DNA of 64,000 nt from Methylococcaceae bacterium (GCA_012965425.1 DTSI01000155.1:55157-119156); one strand, 5' to 3'. Positions 1 through 10,243 are shown, numbered from the stretch's first letter. Notes: generated by a model from the letters alone, not told the origin. Made by a program: numbers and translations.

Positions 1-1
1 G

Positions 2-190
2 ACTGATAATAAGTTAATCTTCAACACAGATTCAGCCATTGAAACCGGTTGGGCGATAGAAGTCACCTTAACACTCCAACAGTTATCAGACATTTCTTTT
101 ACTGCCTTAATTGAAGTGGAGTCAAGCACACGCATTAGCCACCAACATTTTGAAATTAGTGCTATTATCGGTACCATTAAGGCCCAATAA
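2..190 (+). CDS. 3' end of an unidentified CDS entering from upstream of the window
   Basis: Frame 2 is open from the window edge to TAA at 188-190 (...EISAIIGTIKAQ*). No recognisable motif. Absent from the ORF track because it has no start codon in the window. Confidence 0.3.
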   Translation, partial: TDNKLIFNTDSAIETGWAIEVTLTLQQLSDISFTALIEVESSTRISHQHFEISAIIGTIKAQ

Positions 191-238
191 AGACCCCCCC
201 CCTCAACTGCTACTCTCAGAATCACCAATCAACTGATT

Positions 239-643
239 ATGTATTCAATTACCAAAGAAATTTATTTCTGCTACGGTCACCGATTAATGAACCACGCGGG
301 TAAATGCCGACACCTCCATGGCCATAGCGTAAAAGCAGCCATTACTGTTGCTTCACAAGAACTCAATAACCAAGGGATGGTTTGTGACTTTGCAGATATA
401 AAAACAAGTGCCAACACTTACATAGAAGAGCAGTTGGATCATAATTTTCTAGTTCATCAAGATGATCCTATCATTCCATGGCTAAAGCAAAATCACGAAC
501 GTTTCATGCCTTTAGATGAACACCCTACCGCCGAAGTACTTGCTAAAATGATCTACCTACACATGAAAGCTCAGGGCTTTGCAATTGAACAAGTTGCGCT
601 GTGGGAAACAGATAGTTCCTACGCGTGCTACCGTGAACCTTAA
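239..643 (+). CDS. 6-carboxytetrahydropterin synthase / 6-pyruvoyl-tetrahydropterin synthase family protein (QueD-like)
   Basis: 134 aa. Has the C-x3-HGH motif (GKCRHLHGHS) and is collinear with E. coli QueD (DFAELK ~ DFADIK, PTSEVLAKWIW ~ PTAEVLAKMIY). The sequence alone cannot separate QueD from PTPS-III. Confidence 0.8.
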   Translation: MYSITKEIYFCYGHRLMNHAGKCRHLHGHSVKAAITVASQELNNQGMVCDFADIKTSANTYIEEQLDHNFLVHQDDPIIPWLKQNHERFMPLDEHPTAEVLAKMIYLHMKAQGFAIEQVALWETDSSYACYREP

Positions 644-645
644 CA

Positions 646-1095
646 ATGTCTAAGTTAAACCTAATTAATAAATCATTTTGTTTGGAAAAAATTTGCGAGT
701 CTAATTACCAGAAACTACTCACGCTGGTACCCCATATTACCCAAATAACAGAATCTGCTATCGGTGCATCTAACTCCCCTTTAGAACTACATTTATCTGT
801 CATTGATCGTGCTCCCTACACCTTAACCCTAGAACTCAGTCACTGTTTTGATCAACACAAAAAACACACCTTTGAACCTGCTGTTAACATCAAAGTCTAC
901 TTAGACGCACGAATGGTTGAGGTGATCCGTCACCACGAACGGTCCCATGTATTTCAAGTCATTAAGAGTGCCCGACAATCCGTTGCCGTCATGGACTATA
1001 AATGGTCTTTAAATTATTTCCTGGGGCAATGGCTCGATCATTGTCTAAAAAATAACTATAATTTTAATAATCCAGCGCAACTAACCAGCGTATAA
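646..1095 (+). CDS. DUF1249 family protein (YqiB-like)
   Basis: 149 aa. Aligns by eye to E. coli YqiB: ICESNYQKLLTLVP ~ LCEMNFSQLRRLLP, VYLDARMVEV ~ LYHDAMVAEV, FLGQWLDHCL ~ FLADWLRYCL. Confidence 0.7.
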   Translation: MSKLNLINKSFCLEKICESNYQKLLTLVPHITQITESAIGASNSPLELHLSVIDRAPYTLTLELSHCFDQHKKHTFEPAVNIKVYLDARMVEVIRHHERSHVFQVIKSARQSVAVMDYKWSLNYFLGQWLDHCLKNNYNFNNPAQLTSV

Positions 1096-1096
1096 A

Positions 1097-3256
1097 TTAA
1101 GCCACAATTTCTCTCTGTAAGGCCGCCTTAACACAACGAATAATACCGTAACTATAGACACCATCCAGTGCCTCGTAAATACCTCGCAATGTCTGATTCT
1201 GCTGGTCGGAAACCTCTAAAATAGCTTGCTCAATAACAATAATTTCCTGTTTGGAAATAGACACTACTTCGGTCAGTTCAACCGACCCGGTAAGCAACCC
1301 TTCGGCCAGATGTGCATAGACGGTATCCTGAGTTATCTGCCTTTTTTCTGAGATAGTCTCAATGACCAGTCCCGCCTTGAACAAATCTAACGTTGTTATA
1401 ACCGTTTCCGTCATCTGTTTATCATTTGAAAATTTAACAACGCGTTCAATAACTGCTAGAAATTGGTCACCGTATAACGCCAACTTACGATCCCCAACAC
1501 CGGATAACTGCCTGAATTGCTCCTTGTTACTCGGCAACTGATCTTTCATTTGAACCAGTGTTGCATCATGAAAAATCTGATACGGCGGCACTTTTTGAAG
1601 CTCTGCTATTTCCCAGCGCTTAGCACGTAAGGCATCCCAAAGCCGTTTTTCTCGACGACCTGCCCCTCCCTTATTGAAAGCATTCCCAGCATAACTTCGC
1701 TTAGCGATGTGCTCTTTTCGTAAAACCAAAGCCGTTTCACCCCGCAAAACAGGCCGACATCGTTCGGTTAAATGATAACTCCCATGTCCTTCTAAATCGA
1801 CCGTTATCAACCCTCTCGCCAAGAGTTGCCGGTAAATTGACCGCCATTGGCTTCGCGTTCTATCTACACCCAATCCAAATACAGACTGTTTATCATGCCC
1901 GAAATTTTTTATCCTATCGTTTACTTTACCCTGAAGCACATCGACCAAGTACTCTACGCCAAAGCGTTGCCCGGTCCGATAAATACAAGAGAGCGCTTGT
2001 TGCCCGGCAACCGTACCATCCCAGGTTTCAACCGGTTCTAAGCAAGTATCACAATTATTACAACTGGTCGTCCCCACAGGTTCACCAAAATACGCTAATA
2101 AAACCTTACGTCGGCACTCTATTTGCTCACACAAGGCCAACATAGCATCTAGTTTTTGTCGTTCAACTTGCTTTTGCGTATCTCCCAGTGTTAATGACTG
2201 ACTCACCATCTGCCGTAAAGTCACCACATCTTGCAAGCCATAGACCATCCAGGCATTAGCAGGCAATCCATCTCTCCCTGCACGCCCGGTTTCCTGATAA
2301 TAAGACTCAATACTCTTAGGCAAATCAAGATGCGCAACAAACCTAACATTTGGCTTATCAATGCCCATACCAAAGGCAACGGTTGCCACCATGATCAGTC
2401 CCTCTTCCCGCAAAAAACGTAATTGATTAGCTTGTCTGTCCTCAGGCAACATACCAGCGTGATACGGTAATGCCGTAATCCCCTGACTACTTAACCGGCT
2501 TGCTGTTTTCTCAACCTTCTTTCTGGATAAACAATAAATAATACCGGAATCACCACGGTGTTCTTGCTGAATAAAAGTCAATAGTTGTTCATGGGGCTGT
2601 TGCTTGTGCAAAATTCGATAGCGAATATTGGGACGATCAAAACCCGCCTTAAAAACCTGATCTTTACCTATCGCTAACCGCGTAATGATTTCCTGTTGGG
2701 TTCGCGGGTCAGCCGTAGCCGTCAGAGCCATAATCGGTACCTGTGGGAAATGCTCCGACAATACAGATAACTTTAAATAACTTTCCCGAAAATCATGTCC
2801 CCACTGTGAGACACAATGCGCTTCATCGACAGCAAACAACGCTACCTTAACCGTCTTAAGAAAAGCCAGTAAGCGCCCTAACACAAGACGTTCCGGAGTA
2901 ATATAAAGCAATTGCAATTCATTCCCTTGCAACGACGCTTCTACCGCCTTCGTTTCTGCCGCTGTTTGCATAGAATTTAACGTTGCGGCCCTTACACCGG
3001 CCTGGTGTAATGCGCTAACCTGATCTTGCATCAAGGCAATTAACGGTGAAATAACCACGCCCACACCACCGCCCACCAACGGAGGAATTTGATAACACAA
3101 CGACTTCCCACCGCCGGTGGGCATCAACACGAGGGAATTTTTACCCCTCAATGTATGAACAATAATGGCTTCTTGAAGCCCTCGGAAACTGTCGTAACCA
3201 AAGACCGTCTCAAGTACTAATTTCGCCTTTTCAAGGTGATTATTTTTTTCAGTCAC
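1097..3256 (-). CDS. recQ: ATP-dependent DNA helicase RecQ
   Basis: 719 aa. Walker A ([11 protein letters not shown]), DEAH box ([15 protein letters not shown]), RecQ zinc-binding cysteines (CNNCDTC), an HRDC region, and a ~100-aa C-terminal extension. Confidence 0.95.
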   Translation of the reverse strand: MTEKNNHLEKAKLVLETVFGYDSFRGLQEAIIVHTLRGKNSLVLMPTGGGKSLCYQIPPLVGGGVGVVISPLIALMQDQVSALHQAGVRAATLNSMQTAAETKAVEASLQGNELQLLYITPERLVLGRLLAFLKTVKVALFAVDEAHCVSQWGHDFRESYLKLSVLSEHFPQVPIMALTATADPRTQQEIITRLAIGKDQVFKAGFDRPNIRYRILHKQQPHEQLLTFIQQEHRGDSGIIYCLSRKKVEKTASRLSSQGITALPYHAGMLPEDRQANQLRFLREEGLIMVATVAFGMGIDKPNVRFVAHLDLPKSIESYYQETGRAGRDGLPANAWMVYGLQDVVTLRQMVSQSLTLGDTQKQVERQKLDAMLALCEQIECRRKVLLAYFGEPVGTTSCNNCDTCLEPVETWDGTVAGQQALSCIYRTGQRFGVEYLVDVLQGKVNDRIKNFGHDKQSVFGLGVDRTRSQWRSIYRQLLARGLITVDLEGHGSYHLTERCRPVLRGETALVLRKEHIAKRSYAGNAFNKGGAGRREKRLWDALRAKRWEIAELQKVPPYQIFHDATLVQMKDQLPSNKEQFRQLSGVGDRKLALYGDQFLAVIERVVKFSNDKQMTETVITTLDLFKAGLVIETISEKRQITQDTVYAHLAEGLLTGSVELTEVVSISKQEIIVIEQAILEVSDQQNQTLRGIYEALDGVYSYGIIRCVKAALQREIVA

Positions 3257-3312
3257 ATCAAGGTGTTTCTAATTGGCATTTCAATCTATAATGACCCGCT
3301 ATTATAACTGTA

Positions 3313-4941
3313 TTGCACTACATACAGGCGACCCCGACCATTTTTCACAAGGATCATGTTATTTTGGATAATCTCACGCTGAAACGCTTCAGCCAATTAA
3401 TCGACGCTGGCCAAGAAAAGCTTATTATAGGCGGACTCACCGGCATTGAAAAAGAAAACCTGAGATTATCACCAGCGGGTTTCATCGCTCAAACGCCGCA
3501 CCCTAAGGACTTTGGTGCAGCCCTGACTCACACCAGCATCACCACAGATTATTCTGAAGCGTTAATGGAGTTAATAACACCGCCCTTCTCCCAAGCAACA
3601 GATTCGTTAAATTATCTTAATAATATTCATCAATTTGTCTACGACCATCTTCCTGATGAATTTCTGCTTGCCGCCAGTATGCCCTGTGGCATCGATGGTG
3701 ATCGCAGTATTCCTATCGCCCAATACGGCTCTTCCAATATAGGTCAGATGAAACACATCTATCGCCAAGGCCTTGGGCACCGTTACGGACGAACCATGCA
3801 GGCTATAGCCGGTATCCATTTCAATTACTCCATCCCCGAACAACTGTGGCCGGCATTACAGGCCTTAAATAAGAATTCACACTCCGAACAAGACTTCATT
3901 GCCGAACAATACTTTAATCTCATTCGAAACTTTTTGAATCAAGGCTGGCTACTGCTTTATTTATTCGGTGCATCACCGGCGATTTGCAAAAATTTCTTTA
4001 AAGATCGCCCTTTAATCCATAATATTTTTGAATCTTTTGATAACCATACTCTTTATCTGCCGTATGCAACGTCCCTTAGAATGAGTGACATTGGTTATAA
4101 AAGTAACAACCAAGCCAGTCTGAAAATTGATTACAACAACTTATCAGGTTACGTCAATAGCCTAACCGCCGCCATTGAAACCCCGTATGCCGATTATAAA
4201 AAAATTGGTCTCAAAAATAATGGCGCATATCTACAACTCAATACCAATATATTACAAATAGAAAATGAGTTTTATAACACGATACGTCCTAAGCAGATTA
4301 GTGCTTCTGGCGAAAAACCGACCTTAGCCCTACAACGCCGGGGTATTAAATACGTGGAAATTCGTTCACTGGACCTTGATATTTACCAACCCACCGGTAT
4401 TGAGGCCAATACCGCCCACTTTTTAGAAGCCTTTTTACTGACCTGCTTATTTCAAGAGAGTCCCGGATGCAATAAAAACCAACAACAACTTAATAATGAG
4501 AACCTCTCAACGGTTGCACACGAAGGCCGCCGCCCTGACTTATTATTGGATCAGAACAACAAAAAGATAACCCTCAAAGCCTGGGCACTTAACATATTTG
4601 AGAGCATGGCACCTATCTGCCAAACCTTGGACCAAGGACAAATAAACACCCCTTACCAAAAAGCCTTAAACCAACAAAAAAACTGCATTCAAAACCCAGA
4701 CCTGACTCCGTCGGCTAAAATATTAGCTGATATGCGTAGGACCCAACAACCCTTTGCACGATTTGCTATTGAGCAATCACGCCGCCATGAACACTTTTAT
4801 CGTAACCAACAGCTCAATAAAGAAGAGTCTGACATGTTCACTGAAATGTCAACCCAATCAAAAAAACGCTTAGCTGAAATTGAAACAAACGATCATATAA
4901 GTTTTGATGATTTTCTGGCACAATATTTCCGACAACAGTAA
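3313..4941 (+). CDS. gshA: glutamate--cysteine ligase
   Basis: 542 aa, collinear with E. coli GshA (GIEKENLRL ~ GLERETLRV; [22 protein letters not shown] ~ [22 protein letters not shown]). The track start is TTG 3313. An in-frame TTG at 3364 preceded by AAGGA (3349-3353) is an alternative start. Confidence 0.9.
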   Translation: MHYIQATPTIFHKDHVILDNLTLKRFSQLIDAGQEKLIIGGLTGIEKENLRLSPAGFIAQTPHPKDFGAALTHTSITTDYSEALMELITPPFSQATDSLNYLNNIHQFVYDHLPDEFLLAASMPCGIDGDRSIPIAQYGSSNIGQMKHIYRQGLGHRYGRTMQAIAGIHFNYSIPEQLWPALQALNKNSHSEQDFIAEQYFNLIRNFLNQGWLLLYLFGASPAICKNFFKDRPLIHNIFESFDNHTLYLPYATSLRMSDIGYKSNNQASLKIDYNNLSGYVNSLTAAIETPYADYKKIGLKNNGAYLQLNTNILQIENEFYNTIRPKQISASGEKPTLALQRRGIKYVEIRSLDLDIYQPTGIEANTAHFLEAFLLTCLFQESPGCNKNQQQLNNENLSTVAHEGRRPDLLLDQNNKKITLKAWALNIFESMAPICQTLDQGQINTPYQKALNQQKNCIQNPDLTPSAKILADMRRTQQPFARFAIEQSRRHEHFYRNQQLNKEESDMFTEMSTQSKKRLAEIETNDHISFDDFLAQYFRQQ

Positions 4942-4960
4942 TTTATTAAAGATAATCATA

Positions 4961-5683
4961 ATGGCTGAAAATTCACTATCCACTTCGGAGTTACAATTAG
5001 AACTCGTTGATAAATCACCACGCACTATTCTAAAAAGAGCATTCGAGAAATTTGACAATATCGCCTTATCATTTAGCGGTGCTGAAGATGTTGTGTTAAT
5101 TGATATGGCATTGAATATTAAAAAAGATATTCAAGTGTTTTCACTGGACACGGGCCGTTTACACCCAGAAACCTATCAATTTATAGAGCAAGTCCGTAAC
5201 CATTATAAGATCAATATTGAATTATTAACCCCGGACTACAAAACACTCGATCATTTTGTTCAGCAAAAAGGCCTTTTTAGTTTTTTTAAAGAGGGTCACC
5301 AAGAATGTTGTGGCATTAGAAAAGTCCAACCTTTACAAAGAAAGCTACTCGAACTTGATGCATGGATAACGGGCCAACGCATAGACCAAAGTTTAGATAC
5401 GCGGCAAAATTTACCGGCTATACAAGAAGACTCAACCTTCTCAACCGAAAACCACCCGCTTGTTAAATTTAATCCTTTGGCGCAATGGAGTTCACAACAA
5501 GTCTGGGATTATATTGACGCCTATCAGGTTCCATTTAATACGCTCCATAGCAAAGGCTTTATCAGCATTGGTTGTGAACCCTGCACACGAAGCATTACCC
5601 CTAATCAACACGAACGCAGTGGCCGCTGGTGGTGGGAAACAGACAAAAAAGAATGCGGCCTTCATGCCGGTAATCTTAAATAA
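4961..5683 (+). CDS. cysH: assimilatory adenylyl-sulfate (APS)/PAPS reductase, Fe-S type
   Basis: [16 protein letters not shown]-loop-like motif, ECCGIRK, and C-terminal GCEPCTR...[15 protein letters not shown], as in Pseudomonas CysH. ATG 4961 (MAENSL...) is preferred over the track start at 4904, which overlaps the gshA 3' end. Confidence 0.9.
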   Translation: MAENSLSTSELQLELVDKSPRTILKRAFEKFDNIALSFSGAEDVVLIDMALNIKKDIQVFSLDTGRLHPETYQFIEQVRNHYKINIELLTPDYKTLDHFVQQKGLFSFFKEGHQECCGIRKVQPLQRKLLELDAWITGQRIDQSLDTRQNLPAIQEDSTFSTENHPLVKFNPLAQWSSQQVWDYIDAYQVPFNTLHSKGFISIGCEPCTRSITPNQHERSGRWWWETDKKECGLHAGNLK

Positions 5684-5727
5684 AAAATAACTTCACGCAC
5701 AAAACCTAGCCTTCAAAAACAGCCATC

Positions 5728-6102
5728 ATGTCAAATAATAACCTAAGCCTTCACCACGTTAGCCTATTGGTTCAAGATACCGAAACTTCTGTTAATTTCT
5801 ACCAACAGTTGTTAAACCTAGAACGTATTGATCGCCCTGTCCTTGAATACCCAGGTGCCTGGTTTCAAATTGGCAGCCAACAAGTTCACCTCATTGAACT
5901 CAGTAACCCAGACCCAATCACCGGTCGACCGAAACACGGCGGCCATGATCGCCACGTTGCATTCACTGTTAGCAATATTGATTTAATCGTAAAAAGACTT
6001 GATGAAGTTAACGTTACTTATAGCATGAGTCGCTCAGGTCGACGCGCGCTGTTCTTCCGCGACCTTGATGCTAATGCTATTGAAATCTTTGAACAACCCT
6101 AA
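5728..6102 (+). CDS. VOC (glyoxalase/bleomycin resistance/dioxygenase) family protein
   Basis: 124 aa. Paired beta-alpha-beta-beta-beta pattern with metal-ligand-like His/Glu residues (LHHVSLLV ... HVAFTV ... IEIFE). Confidence 0.7.
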   Translation: MSNNNLSLHHVSLLVQDTETSVNFYQQLLNLERIDRPVLEYPGAWFQIGSQQVHLIELSNPDPITGRPKHGGHDRHVAFTVSNIDLIVKRLDEVNVTYSMSRSGRRALFFRDLDANAIEIFEQP

Positions 6103-6116
6103 AATCAAATAATGCC

Positions 6117-6147
6117 GAAAGCTGTGGCCATTCTAACCACAGCTTTC
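6117..6147. terminator. bidirectional hairpin between the convergent VOC and bcp genes
   Basis: Perfect 11-bp stem: gaaagctgtgg (6117-6127) pairs with ccacagctttc (6137-6147), with a 9-nt loop. The flanking T-runs are weak. Confidence 0.5.
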
Positions 6148-6165
6148 TCTTAAACAACACCCATG

Positions 6166-6642
6166 TTAAGGTCGGTAATACAATTGCTTGACTCGCTCTA
6201 AAATCGCTTCTGCATGGCCAGCATGGTTCACTCCATAGTAGGCTTCAACCAATTCACCTGCTTTATTAATAATAAAGGTTGACCGAAGAATTGCCATCTT
6301 AGTTACACCCTCTCTTACTTTTTCGCGCCAGACATCATAGTCCACACATAATTTACCGCTAGTATCAGACAACAAGGCAATATTCAGCTTAAATTTATTA
6401 ATAAAATCCTGATGACTGTCACAGCTGTCTTTACTGGCTCCTAATATAACGGTATCAAAACCAGAGAATTCATTTGCCAAACGAGTGAAATCATTCGCTT
6501 CTATCGTACACCCCGGCGTATCATCTTTAGGATAAAAATATAACACGACATTACGCTTTCCCTGATAATCATCAAGACTAATATTTTCACCCTTTTCATT
6601 CTCAATAGAAAACGCTGGTGCTTTTTGACCTTTTACTAACAT
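6166..6642 (-). CDS. bcp: thioredoxin-dependent thiol peroxidase (peroxiredoxin Bcp)
   Basis: Peroxidatic Cys motif FYPKDDTPGCTIEA. The ATG at 6642 (MLVKGQKAPAF) fits homologue N-termini better than the track start at 6681. Confidence 0.85.
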   Translation of the reverse strand: MLVKGQKAPAFSIENEKGENISLDDYQGKRNVVLYFYPKDDTPGCTIEANDFTRLANEFSGFDTVILGASKDSCDSHQDFINKFKLNIALLSDTSGKLCVDYDVWREKVREGVTKMAILRSTFIINKAGELVEAYYGVNHAGHAEAILERVKQLYYRP

Positions 6643-6769
6643 AGACCCCCCATTATTTTTTTTATAACTCACCTTTTGCAACGATTATACGGTTCACACC
6701 GCCCCACTTACTTTCCTTAACCAAAACAACATCCTTTCCATAATCTCCAAGAAACCTTAAAAAAGACCT

Positions 6770-7450
6770 TTATTGACGCTGTAATTCCTCAACGACACCC
6801 GCGACACCCATATAAACAGACGATGCTAAATTACGGAAGACACCATGCTCAATGACCCCCGGCATTGCATTCAAAGCATTATCTATTTCCTCTGCCGTTA
6901 ACGATACGCCAAAATCAACATCCAGAACCAAATTACCATAGCTGGTCATAGCAAGCCCACTATTATTAGCATTGGGCCGTAATATACCCTGACCGCCTAT
7001 TCGTCGTAACGCCTTAACCACCAAGTGCCACGAAAAAGGAATAACCTCAACAGGGACTGGGAAGCGTTCTCCTATCCGCTTAACGCGCTTACTCTGGTCG
7101 ATCAAAACGATAAATTTATCAGCTGCTGTCGCTAAAATCTTTTCCCGTACCAAATCAGCACCCTGGCCTTTGGATAAAACCAAATCATCAGTGACCTCAT
7201 CAGCACCATCGACATAATAATCAAGCTGATTTAAATGCTCAATTGCAATCATTGGCAACCCTAAATTTTGAGCCTTTTGCATACTCACAATAGAACTCGC
7301 AACGGTTTTTACCGCCAAGCCCTCTTCTTGATGACGTGTCGCCAAGGCCTCAATAAAACAATCCGCACTTGACCCGGTCCCTAAACCAACAACCATACCG
7401 TGACTGATTTCCATTGCAGCCTTTTTTGCCACTCGCTCTTTATCATTCAT
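6770..7450 (-). CDS. rpiA: ribose-5-phosphate isomerase A
   Basis: 226 aa with RpiA motifs GLGTGSS, DGADEV and KGQGADLVREK. Confidence 0.9.
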   Translation of the reverse strand: MNDKERVAKKAAMEISHGMVVGLGTGSSADCFIEALATRHQEEGLAVKTVASSIVSMQKAQNLGLPMIAIEHLNQLDYYVDGADEVTDDLVLSKGQGADLVREKILATAADKFIVLIDQSKRVKRIGERFPVPVEVIPFSWHLVVKALRRIGGQGILRPNANNSGLAMTSYGNLVLDVDFGVSLTAEEIDNALNAMPGVIEHGVFRNLASSVYMGVAGVVEELQRQ

Positions 7451-7488
7451 AAGTACTCCACAACGCCATTTTTACGGCATTTAATAAA

Positions 7489-8289
7489 TCAAGGCTCAAC
7501 ACGATAAGTTTGTGAAAAAGTCTTTCCGTCAGTATCACTTACTTCAGCATGCAAATCACCGGCCGATTGGGGAACAAAATAAAATCTAAAATTAGGATCT
7601 GCACTAATTGCAATATCGGTCTTAGCGGTCAGTACCGGCTGACCATCGAAAGTTACCTTCACTTTTTCCACATAATAAGCGGGGCGTATAATACGGGTGA
7701 CCTGATCCATTTGCATCCCTGTAATATTAGGGTGACTGATTAATAATTGCGCCAAATTTGGCTCATTGGACTGTGCCGTACTAGGGAGCTTAAACTTCAT
7801 TCGCCCGAGTCGTTTCATTGCCGCATCCAGATCGGCACCAATCGGGGCTGAACACCCGCCACTCGCCTTAACAAACTTTTTCACCATTATAAGCTGACCA
7901 TCATTCATTTCTGCTATGGCACGCACATAGCTGTAACTATTAACCCGAATACGCATCGCCACATCTGCTTTGCCACTAAGGGGGGTAAAATTAAATTCAG
8001 CTGCAAACGGTATTGGGTTTTTATCCACAATTAAGGTGATTCTTTTAATATATTTGTCATTCGTCTGATTAATTTTACTCGTTATCCTAATTGGAACCAG
8101 CGCAGCATCTTCCGCACGATAAGGTGCCTCAATAGCAATAATATTCTCAGCTTCACTGATCGAACGGCCAGCAAAAAACTGCGCCTTCAATTCATTTTGC
8201 CAAACCGTATCATCAACACCTGCAGAAACGACATTAACAAAAAGCAATACCCAAAAACTTATAATCACTCTCACCATTTTCATAACCAA
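7489..8289 (-). CDS. periplasmic SoxY-SoxZ fusion-type sulfur carrier ('quinoprotein dehydrogenase-associated SoxYZ-like carrier' family)
   Basis: 266 aa. Has a signal peptide (VLLFVNVVSAG). A SoxY-like half ends in the carrier motif KASGGCSAPIG. A SoxZ-like Ig-fold half follows (VEKVKVTFDGQPVL). Confidence 0.65.
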   Translation of the reverse strand: MVMKMVRVIISFWVLLFVNVVSAGVDDTVWQNELKAQFFAGRSISEAENIIAIEAPYRAEDAALVPIRITSKINQTNDKYIKRITLIVDKNPIPFAAEFNFTPLSGKADVAMRIRVNSYSYVRAIAEMNDGQLIMVKKFVKASGGCSAPIGADLDAAMKRLGRMKFKLPSTAQSNEPNLAQLLISHPNITGMQMDQVTRIIRPAYYVEKVKVTFDGQPVLTAKTDIAISADPNFRFYFVPQSAGDLHAEVSDTDGKTFSQTYRVEP

Positions 8290-8302
8290 TCCCCTTTACT
8301 TA

Positions 8303-9235
8303 TTAATCTTCCCATTCTAATTCTGCAAAAACGAGCGTTACATTTTTTTTATGGAAAGCATCAAATAATGCCCACCGGCCCGCTGCCGTTTGACCCGCCT
8401 CAACTATAGCCTGTTCAATAAACTTTCCCTGTTTTATCATTGATCGCACTTCTTTCAATAACATGGTCAAATAATCCACTTGTGGTTTCAGTGCTGCCGG
8501 CCAATCACCCATAACCGGACCATGACCCGGCACAACACGTTTAACCTTTAGAAGTGATAACTCTTTCAATTCTTTTAACCACCCTTTCAGACTTCCATCA
8601 ATCACCGGCAAGTGCTCAACAAACAATAAATCTGACAACCATAATGTCTGACTGCTCTTATCAAGTACTGACAAATCATTGTCCGTATGCGCACTCCCGT
8701 GTGCAGTCACGGTCAATAACCGGCCGCCTAAATCCAAGGTTAAAGAATCTGCCACCATAATATCTGGCAACACAATATCTTGCGGCGTTAATTTAACCCC
8801 TAACTGCTCCTCAGAGCGTTGTAAATAAAAAGCACTGCGCAACTGCAAAGCACGTGCTAAATTCTTGTGCCCTATAAATTGCACGCCTTTCCCTTTAAAA
8901 CTACGATTACCAAAAACATGATCAGGATGCACATGACTATTAATGACATAACAAATCGGCACATCGGTGATCTTCTCAATCGTATTCTTAAGTACAAGAC
9001 CTTGTTGAGGGTTACCACCTGAATCGAGCACAGCAACACACGACTTACCCACCACAAATCCAATATTGGCTATGCCACCATGGTTCTCCCTATTAGGCAA
9101 TTCATGATGCCCAAAATGAAAATACAGTCCCGGTGCAATCTTTTGCACCTCAAAAGTTTCTTTTGTCTGGGCTTGACTCAGCACCGTGAACAAGCTAAAG
9201 AATAAACTCAAGCAGAGCAACATCGTGTATTTCAT
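8303..9235 (-). CDS. secreted metallo-beta-lactamase-fold hydrolase ('quinoprotein relay system zinc metallohydrolase'-like)
   Basis: 310 aa. Has a signal peptide, the HxHxDH motif (NSHVHPDH), downstream His/Asp ligands (AHGSAHTDNDL, PGHGP), and sits directly upstream of the SoxYZ-like gene. Confidence 0.7.
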   Translation of the reverse strand: MKYTMLLCLSLFFSLFTVLSQAQTKETFEVQKIAPGLYFHFGHHELPNRENHGGIANIGFVVGKSCVAVLDSGGNPQQGLVLKNTIEKITDVPICYVINSHVHPDHVFGNRSFKGKGVQFIGHKNLARALQLRSAFYLQRSEEQLGVKLTPQDIVLPDIMVADSLTLDLGGRLLTVTAHGSAHTDNDLSVLDKSSQTLWLSDLLFVEHLPVIDGSLKGWLKELKELSLLKVKRVVPGHGPVMGDWPAALKPQVDYLTMLLKEVRSMIKQGKFIEQAIVEAGQTAAGRWALFDAFHKKNVTLVFAELEWED

Positions 9236-10137
9236 TTCGATCCGATCTCCTTCTGATTACACAATTCTAAAAAAGCTTTCACTGCACGCGATTGAATAGC
9301 GACTTTCGGCGCAATAATATTCAAATGCCAAAGTAATCCACTGGCAGAATTCAAGCGCCGAGCAACCAACCCTTCTCGCTCATAACGCAAGGCCTGAGAA
9401 GAAGAAAAGCCAATACCTAGACCCGCCCTTACTGCTTCCTTAATACCTGAAACGCCCATCACCTCAATATTAACAGGGATTACCAATTTTGCTTTAGACA
9501 AGGCTCTTTCTAAAACCTGACGCGCCCCTGATCCCGGCTCACGCCAAATGACCGGATATTTAATTAATGCATGTAGCGGTACCGAATCTGAGTATAGCGT
9601 TGCTAGTTCATGACCTTCGGGTAAAACCAAAACAATTTCATCCTTTTGCCACGGCAATAATTGATAATTCTTAGGCAATAATTCCCAGTCAATCGGCCCC
9701 TCAATAAACCCTAAATCAAGACTACTTAAGTTATTAAGAATTTCATGGGTATTCCCCGTTTTCATAAAAACTTGCAACCCGTGGTGAAGCGTTTGTAATT
9801 GCACGACATATTTGGGCAAATAAAAACTTGCTATCGTCATCGTTGAACCAATTCGCAGCGTCCCTGCATTAATTTTCTGCAAACAACGAATAAACTCATT
9901 TGCCTCATTAAAATTTTTCTCAAAATTAGAGGCATGTTCTAACAAACTCTCTCCCACCGGGGTTAAAACAATACGATGGCCTTCACGTTCATACAGCGGT
10001 TCACCCACGGCTTCTTGCAATAATTTCAATTGCCCTGACACCGCAGGTTGACCAATATTTAACGAATGTGCTGCTCGGGTAATACTACAAAATTTAGCTA
10101 CGACACAAAAAGTCAGTAAATGCTGTGGATTTAACAT
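9232..10137 (-). CDS. LysR family transcriptional regulator
   Basis: 301 aa. N-terminal wHTH (FCVVAKFCSITRAAHSLNIGQPAVSGQLKLLQ) followed by a LysR substrate-binding fold. Its TGA overlaps the ATG of the MBL gene (ATGA at 9232-9235). Confidence 0.9.
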   Translation of the reverse strand: MLNPQHLLTFCVVAKFCSITRAAHSLNIGQPAVSGQLKLLQEAVGEPLYEREGHRIVLTPVGESLLEHASNFEKNFNEANEFIRCLQKINAGTLRIGSTMTIASFYLPKYVVQLQTLHHGLQVFMKTGNTHEILNNLSSLDLGFIEGPIDWELLPKNYQLLPWQKDEIVLVLPEGHELATLYSDSVPLHALIKYPVIWREPGSGARQVLERALSKAKLVIPVNIEVMGVSGIKEAVRAGLGIGFSSSQALRYEREGLVARRLNSASGLLWHLNIIAPKVAIQSRAVKAFLELCNQKEIGSK

Positions 10138-10189
10138 AAAGGCACTTCAAATAACGATAACTATCAATAAACCAAACCAGCCTCACTAT

Positions 10190-10243
10190 ATCATTATTAA
10201 TGATAGAAACGTCATAAATAATGACTTGAAAGCAATGTATAAT
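10190..10243. promoter_or_regulatory. divergent lysR/fds control region: two TCAT-N5-ATGA (T-N11-A) palindromes plus a -10 box
   Basis: The palindromes are ATCATTATTAATGAT (10190-10204) and GTCATAAATAATGAC (10211-10225), with centres 21 bp apart. TATAAT lies at 10238-10243 with no good -35 box, which fits an activator-dependent promoter. Confidence 0.45.

Noticed and set aside
191-238. Possible preQ1 riboswitch upstream of the QueD-like gene
   Set aside because: The 48-nt spacer shows no small hairpin followed by an A-rich tail, as expected for preQ1-I, or any comparable fold. Only the C9 tract stands out.
1837-2145. 102-aa ORF (and the 64-aa ORF at 1847-2041) antisense within recQ
   Set aside because: It lies entirely inside a well-supported helicase gene on the opposite strand. 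It has no SD and a low-complexity composition, which is typical of a shadow ORF.
4904-4960. Upstream extension of cysH (track start 4904) overlapping the gshA 3' end
   Set aside because: The extension ([19 protein letters not shown]) has no counterpart in APS reductases. Homology starts just after ATG 4961.
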